Of a stretch of DNA of 64,000 nt, positions 1 through 9,149 are shown piece by piece. Both the position numbers and the translations under genes were made by a program. Location of the stretch: positions 320,001 to 384,000 of the forward strand of contig OZ244188.1 in assembly GCA_965216635.1 (NCBI GenBank), in the 5' to 3' direction. Within the stretch, counting starts at the first letter, position 1; every line of letters begins with the position of its first letter. Source of the DNA: a bacterium (lineage in GTDB: Bacteria; SAR324; XYD2-FULL-50-16; G965216635). Below the pieces are notes generated by a model that made no database searches, was not told the DNA's origin, and worked only from the letters and a program-made list of their open reading frames with translations.

Positions 1-2
1 GC

Positions 3-275
3 ATGGTCAAACAGTGGCAAGATTTTTTTTGGGAAGCTCGTTATTCCAGTACTATTTTTGATAAAAATCCAGATTTTATTCGCCTCGCTAAGGCTTTTGA
101 TATACCAGCAATAAGAATCACTAAAAAAACAAAAGTAGAAAGCTCCATTAAAAAGATGCTCAAAAGCAAAGGACCATTTTTAGTAGAATATAAAATAGAC
201 CCAGACGCTCATATTTATCCAATGATACCATCGGGAGCGAGACTACAAGATATTATTTATAATGACAAGCACTAA
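3..275 (+). CDS. ilvB: Acetolactate synthase large subunit, C-terminal part (gene starts before the window)
   Basis: MVKQWQ...NPDFIRLAKAF...GPFLVE...IYPMIPSG matches the C-terminal TPP-binding end of AHAS large subunits; an ilvN homologue lies downstream. Confidence 0.9.
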   Translation: MVKQWQDFFWEARYSSTIFDKNPDFIRLAKAFDIPAIRITKKTKVESSIKKMLKSKGPFLVEYKIDPDAHIYPMIPSGARLQDIIYNDKH

Positions 276-332
276 ATTATGGAACAGAAAATTAAAACTC
301 AAGTTTGGTAATATTTAAAATAGGAGAAAAAT

Positions 333-2045
333 ATGAAAATAAAATTTGTTGGTGCAGCAGGGAGAGTGACTGGTTCTTGCCAGTGGCTTGTTAACGAAAA
401 GACAGGTATACAGTTTTTAGTAGATTGTGGTTTGACGCAACATGGAAATTTTCAAACGGCAATTAATCCCTCTTTTCCTTTTGAAGCTTCCCAGATTGCT
501 TTTGTTTTGCTTACGCATGCACATTTAGATCACTGTGGAAGGATTCCTGAATTATTTCAAAAAGGTTTTAAAGGCAAAATACACTGTACAAAACCAACAG
601 GAGAATTAACTAAAAACCATCTTTTGGATCTTTACAAACAAGAACTGAAAAAAAACACTGAAACACCTGACTGCTTACTACAACTAAAAGAAGCACTTTT
701 ATATATAGATGAGAAGCCAGGTTTTGAATGGAATAGATTATCTCATATTGATGAGGATCTTTTCGTCGGTTTTTTGCGTTCTTCTCATTTGTTAGGTGCA
801 GTTAGTGTGGCGGTTGTGTGGAATACATTTAATGTTACCTCAGGAGAAGTAGACAAGAACTCCATTTTTTTTAGTGGTGATGTAGGTAGTTCTGTAAATA
901 AAAAAAAAAACGAACCAAATCCTCACCTTTTGCTAAATGATACTATGACTCCACACCGAGGAGCGGATTATATCGTTATGGAATCTACTTATGGTAAAGA
1001 GAAGAGAGAAAAAAAATATCAAGATTTTAAAGAAAGAATTAAAGCGATAAAATCTATTATAACAGATGATAAATTTGATACCTTGATTTTTCCTGCTTTT
1101 GCTATGGGGAGAACCCAAGATATTTTATTTGACATACTATATTTAATAAAAAAAGAAGAATTAAGTAACAATGCTTACAATGTTTACTTAGATTCACCAT
1201 CTGCTAAAAAATCAACGCAAATATACCTAGAAGCACTAACCAAGAAACAGGGTAAAGGTTATCGCTATCGGAGCGGTGAATTTTGTCGCCAATTTTTTCT
1301 CTCAGGAGAAGATGAAAAAGAAAAATCAAGGAGATTGGTAAAAGACGAAAAAGATCAAGAACACGAATTACAAGACGAAGCAAATAATTTTTTGAGTAAA
1401 ATTCTTAAAGAACTCTGCCAGAATTTAAAAACACAACATACTCGAGAATATGCAGAAACAAAATACCAAGAAGGAAATTCTCAAATTCATTTTATTGAAT
1501 CAAAAAACATTCCTATCAAACCAGAAAAAAATAAAAAACAAATAATCATTACCACTGGAGGTATGTTCCAAGGAGGACCTGTTATAGAACACCTTCAGCG
1601 ATTAAAAAATAATAATACAGCTTTTGTCATTTCTGGTTACCAAACCCAAGAAATTGGTATTTACTTAAAAAAAGTAGCAAATATTAATGAAGACTATAAA
1701 GTGCCTCGAAGTTTTAATAATAAAATATGTCGTATTGAAACCAAAGAAATAAAAGGAAGAATTTTTGATTTATCTTCCTATTATTCTGCCCATGCAGACT
1801 GTAACGGTTTGTTGGAATTTCTTTTTGGTTCAAACTACAAACCAACAAAAAATTTCAAAGAAAAACACGCAGCAACTGTTTTTCTTAATCATGGAACAGC
1901 AGAAAAAAGGCATGCTTTAAGTACGGAAATTTATCGCCATAATCAGCAAAACAAAGATATTAATGTTAGGAGCATCGCTAAAATAGAAATACCTTATATG
2001 GACAGTCCTTTTTTTGATTTAGATAAGGGAAAATGGGAAATGTAA
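333..2045 (+). CDS. MBL-fold metallo-hydrolase, beta-CASP type (Ysh1/RNase-like)
   Basis: GAAGRVTGS, LVDCG, THAHLDH, SHLLG, FSGD, MESTYG, SAHAD and NHG motifs; GGAG RBS upstream. Confidence 0.85.
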   Translation: MKIKFVGAAGRVTGSCQWLVNEKTGIQFLVDCGLTQHGNFQTAINPSFPFEASQIAFVLLTHAHLDHCGRIPELFQKGFKGKIHCTKPTGELTKNHLLDLYKQELKKNTETPDCLLQLKEALLYIDEKPGFEWNRLSHIDEDLFVGFLRSSHLLGAVSVAVVWNTFNVTSGEVDKNSIFFSGDVGSSVNKKKNEPNPHLLLNDTMTPHRGADYIVMESTYGKEKREKKYQDFKERIKAIKSIITDDKFDTLIFPAFAMGRTQDILFDILYLIKKEELSNNAYNVYLDSPSAKKSTQIYLEALTKKQGKGYRYRSGEFCRQFFLSGEDEKEKSRRLVKDEKDQEHELQDEANNFLSKILKELCQNLKTQHTREYAETKYQEGNSQIHFIESKNIPIKPEKNKKQIIITTGGMFQGGPVIEHLQRLKNNNTAFVISGYQTQEIGIYLKKVANINEDYKVPRSFNNKICRIETKEIKGRIFDLSSYYSAHADCNGLLEFLFGSNYKPTKNFKEKHAATVFLNHGTAEKRHALSTEIYRHNQQNKDINVRSIAKIEIPYMDSPFFDLDKGKWEM

Positions 2046-2101
2046 GTCCATCTATAAAAGATGTCTGATTTTAATTTCTAAAAAAATTTTTTTAGAAAAC
2101 T

Positions 2102-2608
2102 ATGGAAAAAAAAAATAAAAAAATTATTTCTATTTTAGTAGAAGATGAATTTGGAGCACTCTCTAGAATTATAGAATTGTTTGGTTCTCGGGGCTATAAT
2201 CTGCACTCTATTTGTAGCGGAGAAGCAAGAAAAAAAGGACTCCAAAGGCTAACGCTTGTTTGCTACGAAACAGAGAAAAACATCAAACAAATCATAAAAT
2301 TACTCTGTAACATCATTTATATTCACGAAGCAAAAATCATAGAAACAGAAACTAGCATTCACAGAGAACTTATCCTTGTAAAAGTAGCTTTAGAAAAAAA
2401 AACAGCAGAAGAACTCTTTGCGACTATTCGCGATGGATTTCAAGAATTGCACGCAGAAGTCTGCATTACCACCAAAAACTGGGTTTGTTTTCAATGTATG
2501 GGAGCAGAACTACAAATTGATAAAATGGTAGAACTTATCCACAGCCGTTTTAAGATACTAGAAGTATCCCGCACAGGAGAAGCAGCCCTAGGCTGCAAAG
2601 CAGATTAA
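2102..2608 (+). CDS. ilvN: Acetolactate synthase small (regulatory, ACT) subunit
   Basis: IISILVEDEFGALSRIIELFGSRGYNLHS ACT start, RELILVKV and EVSRTG signatures. Confidence 0.9.
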   Translation: MEKKNKKIISILVEDEFGALSRIIELFGSRGYNLHSICSGEARKKGLQRLTLVCYETEKNIKQIIKLLCNIIYIHEAKIIETETSIHRELILVKVALEKKTAEELFATIRDGFQELHAEVCITTKNWVCFQCMGAELQIDKMVELIHSRFKILEVSRTGEAALGCKAD

Positions 2609-2620
2609 AAAAATTAAAAG

Positions 2621-2685
2621 TGTAGAGACGCCCTACTAGGGCGTCTATTTATTGAAATAAAACGTTCAAATTGAGCGTCTCTACA
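2621..2685. repeat. GTAG-type REP-like palindromic element
   Basis: 11-bp inverted repeat tgtagagacgc (2621-2631) / gcgtctctaca (2675-2685), plus inner hairpin agacgccctactagggcgtct, directly after the ilvN stop. Confidence 0.6.
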
Positions 2686-2747
2686 GGGTGTTTTTAAATA
2701 AAACCAACTGTTGCTATTTTTGCAATAGCTCAAAAGTAAAATGCAAT

Positions 2748-3728
2748 ATGAAAAATAAACCCACCACCAAAGGCATTACCGTATACCAAACCAAAGATGG
2801 AGCAATTGAGTTTCTTGGAGATTTTAAACATGAGACAATTTGGGCAACATTAGGACAAATTGCCAATCTATTTAATGTTCAAAAACCTGCTATTTCCAAA
2901 CACTTAAAAAACATTTACCAAGAGAAAGAACTAAAAGAAAAAGCAACTGTTTCCATTTTGGAAACAGTTCAAAAAGAAGGTGAAAGACAAATCAAACGGA
3001 AAATAGAATACTATAATTTAGATGCTATTCTTTCGGTAGGATATAGAGTGGACTCAAGGCAAGCTACACAATTTCGTATTTGGGCAACCAAAACACTCAA
3101 ACAGCATCTATTGAAAGGTTATAGTATAAACAAAAACCGTATTGGACTTAATTACAAAAATTTCATGCAAGCACTGGGAAATATAAAAGCTCTTTTACCT
3201 AGTAGCAATATAGTAAAAACAGAAGATGTTTTAGAGCTTGTGAGTATTTTTGCTAATACTTGGTTTTCTTTAAACGCGTATGATAAAAACAGCTTGCCAG
3301 TAGCAGGAATGACTAAAAAACAGGTAATATTTACAGCAGAAGAACTTTGTGAAGCTTTGCTAAAACTAAAAAATGATTTACTTAAAAAACAAGAAGCAAC
3401 AAATATTTTTGGACAAGAACGCCAGAATGGAAATGTGAAAGGAATCGTTGGGAATATTTTTCAATCTGTTTTTGGAAAAGATGCCTATCAAAGTTTAGAA
3501 GAAAAAGCAGCCCATCTTTTGTATTTTATGGTTAAGAATCATCCATTTGTAGATGGAAATAAACGCAGCGGTGCTTTTGCTTTTGTCTGGTTTTTACGAA
3601 AAACTGAAATTTTGCAAGCAAGTTTAACTCCAGAAGCTTTAACGGTAGTGACTCTTTTGATAGCGGAAAGTAAGTCCAGCGATAAAGACAAGATGATAGG
3701 GTTAGTTCTATTACTTTTAAATAAATAA
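2748..3728 (+). CDS. RhuM-family DNA-binding domain fused to Fic/Doc domain
   Basis: N-half ETIWAT...ISKHLKNIY...YYNLDAILSVGYRVDSRQATQFRIWAT is RhuM-like; C-half has Fic motif HPFVDGNKRSG. ATG at 2748 is preferred over GTG at 2688. Confidence 0.85.
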   Translation: MKNKPTTKGITVYQTKDGAIEFLGDFKHETIWATLGQIANLFNVQKPAISKHLKNIYQEKELKEKATVSILETVQKEGERQIKRKIEYYNLDAILSVGYRVDSRQATQFRIWATKTLKQHLLKGYSINKNRIGLNYKNFMQALGNIKALLPSSNIVKTEDVLELVSIFANTWFSLNAYDKNSLPVAGMTKKQVIFTAEELCEALLKLKNDLLKKQEATNIFGQERQNGNVKGIVGNIFQSVFGKDAYQSLEEKAAHLLYFMVKNHPFVDGNKRSGAFAFVWFLRKTEILQASLTPEALTVVTLLIAESKSSDKDKMIGLVLLLLNK

Positions 3729-3779
3729 TAAAAAACCAACTGTTTCCATTTTGGAAACGGTTCAAAAGTAAAATGCAAT

Positions 3780-4223
3780 ATGAAAAATAAACCCACCGAA
3801 ATAAACACAGTATTTTTAGAAAGGTGTGTTTTAGCTTTAGAAGAAGCCAGTAATTTTTTGCAAAAAACAAAAAAAGACAGCCTAGATTATGATATTTACC
3901 GATCAGCTACTATAAAAGAGTTTGAAATTATTCTTGAGCAATCAGGAAAATTACTTAAAAAATGTCTCAAACCATATTTTCATTCTTCAAAAGAAATAGA
4001 TAAATTGACCTTCAAATCCATTTTCAAACAAGCAGGGCATCACGGATTGTTGAATTTAGAAGAAGTGAAAAGGTGGTTAGAGTATAGAGACAATCGCAAT
4101 TTCACAAGCCACGATCATGGCGTTGATTTAGCTGTAAAAACTTTGCCTTTATTGCCTCAGTTTATCCTAGATGCACGTTCTTTAATCCAAGTGATAAAAA
4201 ACCAACAAGAGAAAAATTTATGA
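3780..4223 (+). CDS. HEPN-domain protein (HI0074-like nucleotidyltransferase substrate-binding family), toxin of a HEPN-MNT pair
   Basis: IKEFEIILE and RNFTSH (Rx4H) motifs; ATGA overlap with the following MNT gene. Confidence 0.85.
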   Translation: MKNKPTEINTVFLERCVLALEEASNFLQKTKKDSLDYDIYRSATIKEFEIILEQSGKLLKKCLKPYFHSSKEIDKLTFKSIFKQAGHHGLLNLEEVKRWLEYRDNRNFTSHDHGVDLAVKTLPLLPQFILDARSLIQVIKNQQEKNL

Positions 4224-4528
4224 TTTTAAGACAAGAAGACAAAAAAGATCTGCTACAAATTGCAAATAAATTTTTACAACCGTCAGTAGAAATATGGGCT
4301 TACGGTAGCCGTGTAGATGGCACTGCACACGACACAAGCGATTTGGACCTAGTCCTCCGCAGTAAAGATTTAAAACCAATACCCACAAACGAATTGACAG
4401 ATTTTGAGCTAGCCGTAGCCGAATCCAATATTCCTATTTTGGTGCAAATTTTTGATTGGGCAAGAATACCAGAATCCTTTCATAAAAATATTCTAAATAA
4501 TTACGAAGTCCTAAAACCAAAAGAATGA
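4220..4528 (+). CDS. Minimal nucleotidyltransferase (MNT) antitoxin
   Basis: YGSRVDGTAHDTSDLDL (GS...DxD Pol-beta NTase motif), 102 aa. Confidence 0.88.
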   Translation: MILRQEDKKDLLQIANKFLQPSVEIWAYGSRVDGTAHDTSDLDLVLRSKDLKPIPTNELTDFELAVAESNIPILVQIFDWARIPESFHKNILNNYEVLKPKE

Positions 4529-4570
4529 AAGACCACCACACCAAAAGAATGAAAGACCCTTACCAAAAAA

Positions 4571-6970
4571 ATGAAAAAAGAAGAACAGAATAAAACAGAG
4601 CAAGCACAGATTCAAGCAAAGATTCAAGCAAAGATTCAAGCACCGATTCAAGCAAAGATTCAAGCACCGATTCAAGCACCGATTCAAGCACAGATTCAAG
4701 CAAAGATTCAAGAAATTTTAGAGAAATGCAAAGAAGGTGAGTTTATCTTCCGTGGAGAAAATAAAAAAAATCCTAAAGTGTCTTCTGGTTTGCATCGGCA
4801 GTCTTTGCGAAAAAATGAAAACAACGAAGAAATAGATATTCCTCCAACTGATAGCGAATATTTTACTGTTTTAAAAACGGAGAAAGCTGATATTAAAGAA
4901 GTTAAAGAAAAGCATTTTAGCTCTAGTGCTTCTGATACAGAAGTTTTAACAGAATTGCAGCACTACGGAGGCAAAACATCCTTGATTGATTTTAGCAGAA
5001 GTTTGCATATTGCTCTATTCTTTGCTTGTTATGGTGAATACGAAGAAAACGGTAGAATTATAGCCGTCAATGTAGATAACTTAAAAAACACAAAAATTGA
5101 TTATGAAAACAATAAGGAGAAAATTTTTAAAGAAAATATTCTCGTTGAACCTAGAGGTAAAAGCCCCAGAGTGATTTTCCAAAGCAGTGTTTTTGTCCAC
5201 CCAGCAGCAGGCTATCTAAAAGAAAAAGAATACGATGAAATTCCAATTGAAGGCGATCTAAAAGTAGCTTTACTAGGCTATTTACGAAAAAATTTCAATA
5301 TCCATGCAGAAACCATTTATAACGATTTGCAAGGCTTTATTGAAAACCAAGCAAATTACTCTGAAGCAGAAATAGAATTTTACCGTGGATTGGAATCCCA
5401 AAATACTGGAAACCATCAAAAAGCTATAGAGCATTATACTAAAGCTATTAAATTACAACCAAACGCTGCTTCTGTTTTTAATAACAGAGGCTCTGTTAAA
5501 AGTAGTTTAAAAAAACACGAGGCAGCTATAAAAGATTTTAATAGAGCCATAGAAATCAATCCAAAGCTTGCTGAAGCTTTTTATAACAGAGGCATTGTTA
5601 AAGATATTTTAGAAAGATACGAAGAAGCTATAAAAGATTTTAATAGAGCCATAGAAATCAATCCAGACTATGCTGAAGCTTTTTATAACAGAGGCATTGC
5701 TAAAGGTAGTTTAGAAAAAAACAAAGAAGCTATAAAAGATTGCACAAAAGCTATAGAAATCAATCCGAACTATGCTGGTGCTTTTAATAACAGAGGCGTT
5801 GCTAAAAGCAATTTGAAAGAATACGAGGAAGCTATTTTGGATTTTAATAGAGCCATAGAAATCAATCCAAAGCTTGCTGAAGCTTTTAATAACAGAGGCA
5901 ATGCTAAACGCAATTTGAAAGAATACGAGGAAGCTATAGAAGATTTTAATAGAGCCATAGAAATCAATCCAGACTATGCTGAAGCTTTTAATAACAGAGG
6001 TGCAGCTAAAAATGATTTTAAAAAACACAAGGAAGCTATAGAAGATTTTACTAAATCCATAGAAATTAATCCAAACCTTGCTGAAGCTTTTCATAACAGA
6101 GGCGTTGCTAAAAATGGTTTGGAACAATACGAAGAAGCTATAAAAGATTACAGCGAAGCCATAGCAATCAATCCAGACTATGCTATAGCTTTTAATAACA
6201 GAGGCGATGCTAAACGCAATTTGAAAAAATACGAGGAATCTATTTTGGATCTCAATAGAGCTATAGAAATCAACCCAAACCTTGCTGAAGCTTTTAGTAA
6301 CAGAGGTGCAGCTAAAATTGGTTTAAAAGAATACGAGGAAGCTATAAAAGATTGTGATAGAGCTATAGCAATCAAACCAGACCATGCTGCAGCTTTTAAT
6401 AACAGAGGAGGAGCTAAAATTGGCTTGAAAGAATACGAAGAAGCTATTTTGGATTTCAATAGAGCTATAGAAATCAATCCAAATGATGCTGATGCTTTCA
6501 ATAACAGAGGTGCAGCTGAAAATTATTTAAAAAAACACGAAGAAGCTATAAAAGATTACGCTAAAGCTATAGCAATCAACCCAAACTATGCTGCAGCTTT
6601 TAACAACAGAGGCATTGCTAAAGGTAGTTTAAAAGAATACGAAGAAGCTATAAAAGATTACACTAAAGCTATAGAAATCAACCCAGACTATGCCGATGCT
6701 TTTAATAACAGAGGCATTGCCAAAGGTAGTTTAGAAAAAAACAAAGAAGCTATTTTGGATTTTGATAGAGCTATAGAAATCAATCCAAACTATGCCGAAG
6801 CTTTTTATAATAGAGGCATTGCTAAACGCAATTTAAAAAACTACAAAGGAGCTATCTCAGATTTGGAAAAAGCAAAAGAATTATCTACAAAAGCAAAAAA
6901 TAGCCAACTGGCGGAAATATGCGAGGAAATAATTAAAGAAATAAAAAGCCAACAAGAAAAAAATTTATGA
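4571..6970 (+). CDS. FRG-domain protein with 15 TPR repeats
   Basis: FIFRGE, LQHYGGKTSLIDFS and ALFFAC FRG motifs, then 15 x 34-aa repeats A.AF.NRG.AK..L..YEEAI.D...AI.INP. Confidence 0.88.
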   Translation: MKKEEQNKTEQAQIQAKIQAKIQAPIQAKIQAPIQAPIQAQIQAKIQEILEKCKEGEFIFRGENKKNPKVSSGLHRQSLRKNENNEEIDIPPTDSEYFTVLKTEKADIKEVKEKHFSSSASDTEVLTELQHYGGKTSLIDFSRSLHIALFFACYGEYEENGRIIAVNVDNLKNTKIDYENNKEKIFKENILVEPRGKSPRVIFQSSVFVHPAAGYLKEKEYDEIPIEGDLKVALLGYLRKNFNIHAETIYNDLQGFIENQANYSEAEIEFYRGLESQNTGNHQKAIEHYTKAIKLQPNAASVFNNRGSVKSSLKKHEAAIKDFNRAIEINPKLAEAFYNRGIVKDILERYEEAIKDFNRAIEINPDYAEAFYNRGIAKGSLEKNKEAIKDCTKAIEINPNYAGAFNNRGVAKSNLKEYEEAILDFNRAIEINPKLAEAFNNRGNAKRNLKEYEEAIEDFNRAIEINPDYAEAFNNRGAAKNDFKKHKEAIEDFTKSIEINPNLAEAFHNRGVAKNGLEQYEEAIKDYSEAIAINPDYAIAFNNRGDAKRNLKKYEESILDLNRAIEINPNLAEAFSNRGAAKIGLKEYEEAIKDCDRAIAIKPDHAAAFNNRGGAKIGLKEYEEAILDFNRAIEINPNDADAFNNRGAAENYLKKHEEAIKDYAKAIAINPNYAAAFNNRGIAKGSLKEYEEAIKDYTKAIEINPDYADAFNNRGIAKGSLEKNKEAILDFDRAIEINPNYAEAFYNRGIAKRNLKNYKGAISDLEKAKELSTKAKNSQLAEICEEIIKEIKSQQEKNL
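4601..4708 (+). repeat. In-frame 12-bp tandem repeat x9 (caagcaNNgatt; QA[Q/K/P]I)
   Basis: Directly visible in the sequence at the N-terminus of the FRG-TPR protein. Confidence 0.95.
5366..6895 (+). repeat. 102-bp coding tandem repeat array x15 (TPR)
   Basis: Periodic aacagagg...gctaaa...gaagctat...atcaatcca units. Confidence 0.95.
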
Positions 6971-7251
6971 TTTTAAGACAAGAAGACAAAAAAGATCTGC
7001 TACAAATTGCAAATAAATTTTTACAACCGCCAGTAGAAATATGGGCTTACGGTAGCCGTGTAGATGGCACTGCACAGGACACAAGCGATTTGGATTTAGT
7101 CCTCCGCAGTAAAGATTTAAGACCAATACCCACAAACGAATTGACAGATTTTGAGCTAGCCGTAGCCGAATCCAACATTCCTACTTTGGTGCAAATTTTT
7201 GACTGGGCAAGAATACCAGAATCCTTTCATAAAAATATTCTAAATACTTAA
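6967..7251 (+). CDS. Second MNT copy, near-identical to 4220-4528, truncated 8 aa early by TAC->TAA
   Basis: 6941-7273 is a near-identical copy of 4194-4526; the GS...DLD motif is intact. Confidence 0.8.
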   Translation: MILRQEDKKDLLQIANKFLQPPVEIWAYGSRVDGTAQDTSDLDLVLRSKDLRPIPTNELTDFELAVAESNIPTLVQIFDWARIPESFHKNILNT

Positions 7252-7292
7252 GAAGTCCTAAAACCAAAAGAATTAGACCCACACCAAAAGAA

Positions 7293-9149
7293 ATGAAAAA
7301 AATTACTAGCATTGAAGAAATCAACAAATTGCTGGAAGAGTGCAAAGGCAAAAAATATATTTTTAGAGGCACGCCTTGTTGGTACAAAAAAATCCAATCT
7401 TCTCTTTACAGAAAACATGAAAATCTATTTGAGTCTTTTTATCCAATCAATGTAGAAAAAGAAATTGTAGAAAAAGCTAGATCGCGGTTTCCAAACTACA
7501 AAAGTAATATTGAAATCTTGACAGACTTGAGGCACTTCGGTGCTGAAGTAACCTTGATAGATTTTAGCCGTAGTTTTTATGTTGCCTTGTTTTTTGCTTG
7601 CAACGGAGAAACTAAGCGAGACGGACAGTTAATTTTATTAGATACTGAGAACATACCAGAAACCAAAGAAATCACCTACCCAGAAAACAAAACAGAAAAA
7701 GATTTGTTGCTCGCTTTGATAAACCCTGCACAAACCCAAACTAGCGAAAGACGGGTATTAGCCCAAAGTAGTGTTTTTGTTTATGCTCCTAAAGGCTATA
7801 TTGATATAGGATACGAAGACTACAAAATCGCCCACAAGTTAAAACAAGAAATTTTAAAATATTTAAAGAAGTTTCATAACATCACTGCAGAAACCATCTA
7901 TAACGATTTGTTTGGTTTTATTGACAACAAGAAAAATTTTGAAACCGCAGAATCAGAATTTTATCGTGGACTGGCTGCCCAAGATAGTGGAGATTATAAA
8001 AAAGCTATAGAACATTACACTAAAGCTATAGAATTACGACCAAACTATGCTGATGCTTTTTATAACAGAGGCGATGCTAAAATTGGCTTGAAACAATACG
8101 CAGAAGCTATAAAAGATTATGATAAAGCCATAAAAATCAACCCAAACCTTGATGGAGCTTTCAATAACAGAGGTGTTGCTAAAGGTAGTTTAGAAAAAAA
8201 CAAAGAAGCTATTTTGGATTTTGATAGAGCTATAGAAATCAATCCAAACTTTGCTGCAGCTTTTCATAACAGAGGCTATACTAAACGCAATTTGAAACAA
8301 TACGAAGAAGCTATAGAAGATTTTAATAGAGCCATAGCAATCAATCCAGACCATGCTGAAGCTTTTTATAACAGAGGTGCAGCTAAAATTAGCTTGAAAG
8401 AATGCGAAGAAGCTATAAAAGATTACACTAAAGCTATAGCAATCAATCCAGACTATGCTGGTGCTTTTAATAACAGAGGTGTTGCTAAAGGTAGTTTAAA
8501 AAAACACGAAGAAGCTATAAAAGATTATACTAAAGCTATAGCAATCAATCCAAACTATGCTGCAGCTTTTAATAACAGAGGCGATGCTAAAGGTAGTTTA
8601 AAAGAATATGAGGAAGCTATAAAAGATTATAGCGAAGCCATAGCAATCAATCCAAAGCTTGCTGCAGCTTTTTATAACAGAGGCAATGCTAAAATTGGCT
8701 TGAAAGAATACGAGGAAGCTATTTTGGATTTTGATAGAGCCATAGCAATCAATCCAAACTATGCTGAAGCTTTTAATAACAGAGGCTTTGCTAAAAGTAT
8801 TTTAGAAAGATACAAAGAAGCTATTTTAGATTTTAATAGAGCCATAGAAATCAATCCAAACCTTGCTGGAACTTTCAATAATAGAGGCAATGCTAAACGC
8901 AATTTAAAAAAATACGAGGAAGCTATTTTGGATTTCAATAGAGTCATAGAATTACGACCAAACCTTGCTGAAGCTTTTTATAACAGGGGCAATACTAATA
9001 GCATTTTGAAAAAATATGGGGAAGCTATCTCAGATTTGGAAACAGTAAAAGAATTATCTACAAAAGCAAAAAACAGCCAACTGGTGAACGAATGCGAGGA
9101 AGAAATCAAAAAAATAAAAAAAAACCAAGAAAAAAATGGAAAAGATTAG
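7293..9149 (+). CDS. FRG-domain protein with 11 TPR repeats
   Basis: [25 protein letters not shown] and RVLAQSSVF, then 11 x 34-aa TPRs. Confidence 0.88.
   Translation: MKKITSIEEINKLLEECKGKKYIFRGTPCWYKKIQSSLYRKHENLFESFYPINVEKEIVEKARSRFPNYKSNIEILTDLRHFGAEVTLIDFSRSFYVALFFACNGETKRDGQLILLDTENIPETKEITYPENKTEKDLLLALINPAQTQTSERRVLAQSSVFVYAPKGYIDIGYEDYKIAHKLKQEILKYLKKFHNITAETIYNDLFGFIDNKKNFETAESEFYRGLAAQDSGDYKKAIEHYTKAIELRPNYADAFYNRGDAKIGLKQYAEAIKDYDKAIKINPNLDGAFNNRGVAKGSLEKNKEAILDFDRAIEINPNFAAAFHNRGYTKRNLKQYEEAIEDFNRAIAINPDHAEAFYNRGAAKISLKECEEAIKDYTKAIAINPDYAGAFNNRGVAKGSLKKHEEAIKDYTKAIAINPNYAAAFNNRGDAKGSLKEYEEAIKDYSEAIAINPKLAAAFYNRGNAKIGLKEYEEAILDFDRAIAINPNYAEAFNNRGFAKSILERYKEAILDFNRAIEINPNLAGTFNNRGNAKRNLKKYEEAILDFNRVIELRPNLAEAFYNRGNTNSILKKYGEAISDLETVKELSTKAKNSQLVNECEEEIKKIKKNQEKNGKD
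7947..9068 (+). repeat. 102-bp coding tandem repeat array x11 (TPR)
   Basis: Same nucleotide unit family as 5366-6895. Confidence 0.95.

Noticed and set aside
2688..2747. Upstream GTG/TTG extensions of ORFs (2688, 14869, 17752, 29884, 31274, 39917, 56156)
   Set aside because: The extensions run through repeats or overlap neighbouring genes; downstream ATGs match the expected family N-termini better.
4511..6501. Minus-strand ORFs 4511-4711, 5711-6127, 5770-5967 and 6178-6501 (also 8759-8947)
   Set aside because: Antisense shadows of the repetitive FRG-TPR coding sequence.
5366..9068. TPR arrays as CRISPR or TALE repeats
   Set aside because: They are in-frame coding repeats that fit the TPR consensus (G8, A20, A27, P32); there are no spacers and no TALE LTPxQVVAIAS consensus.
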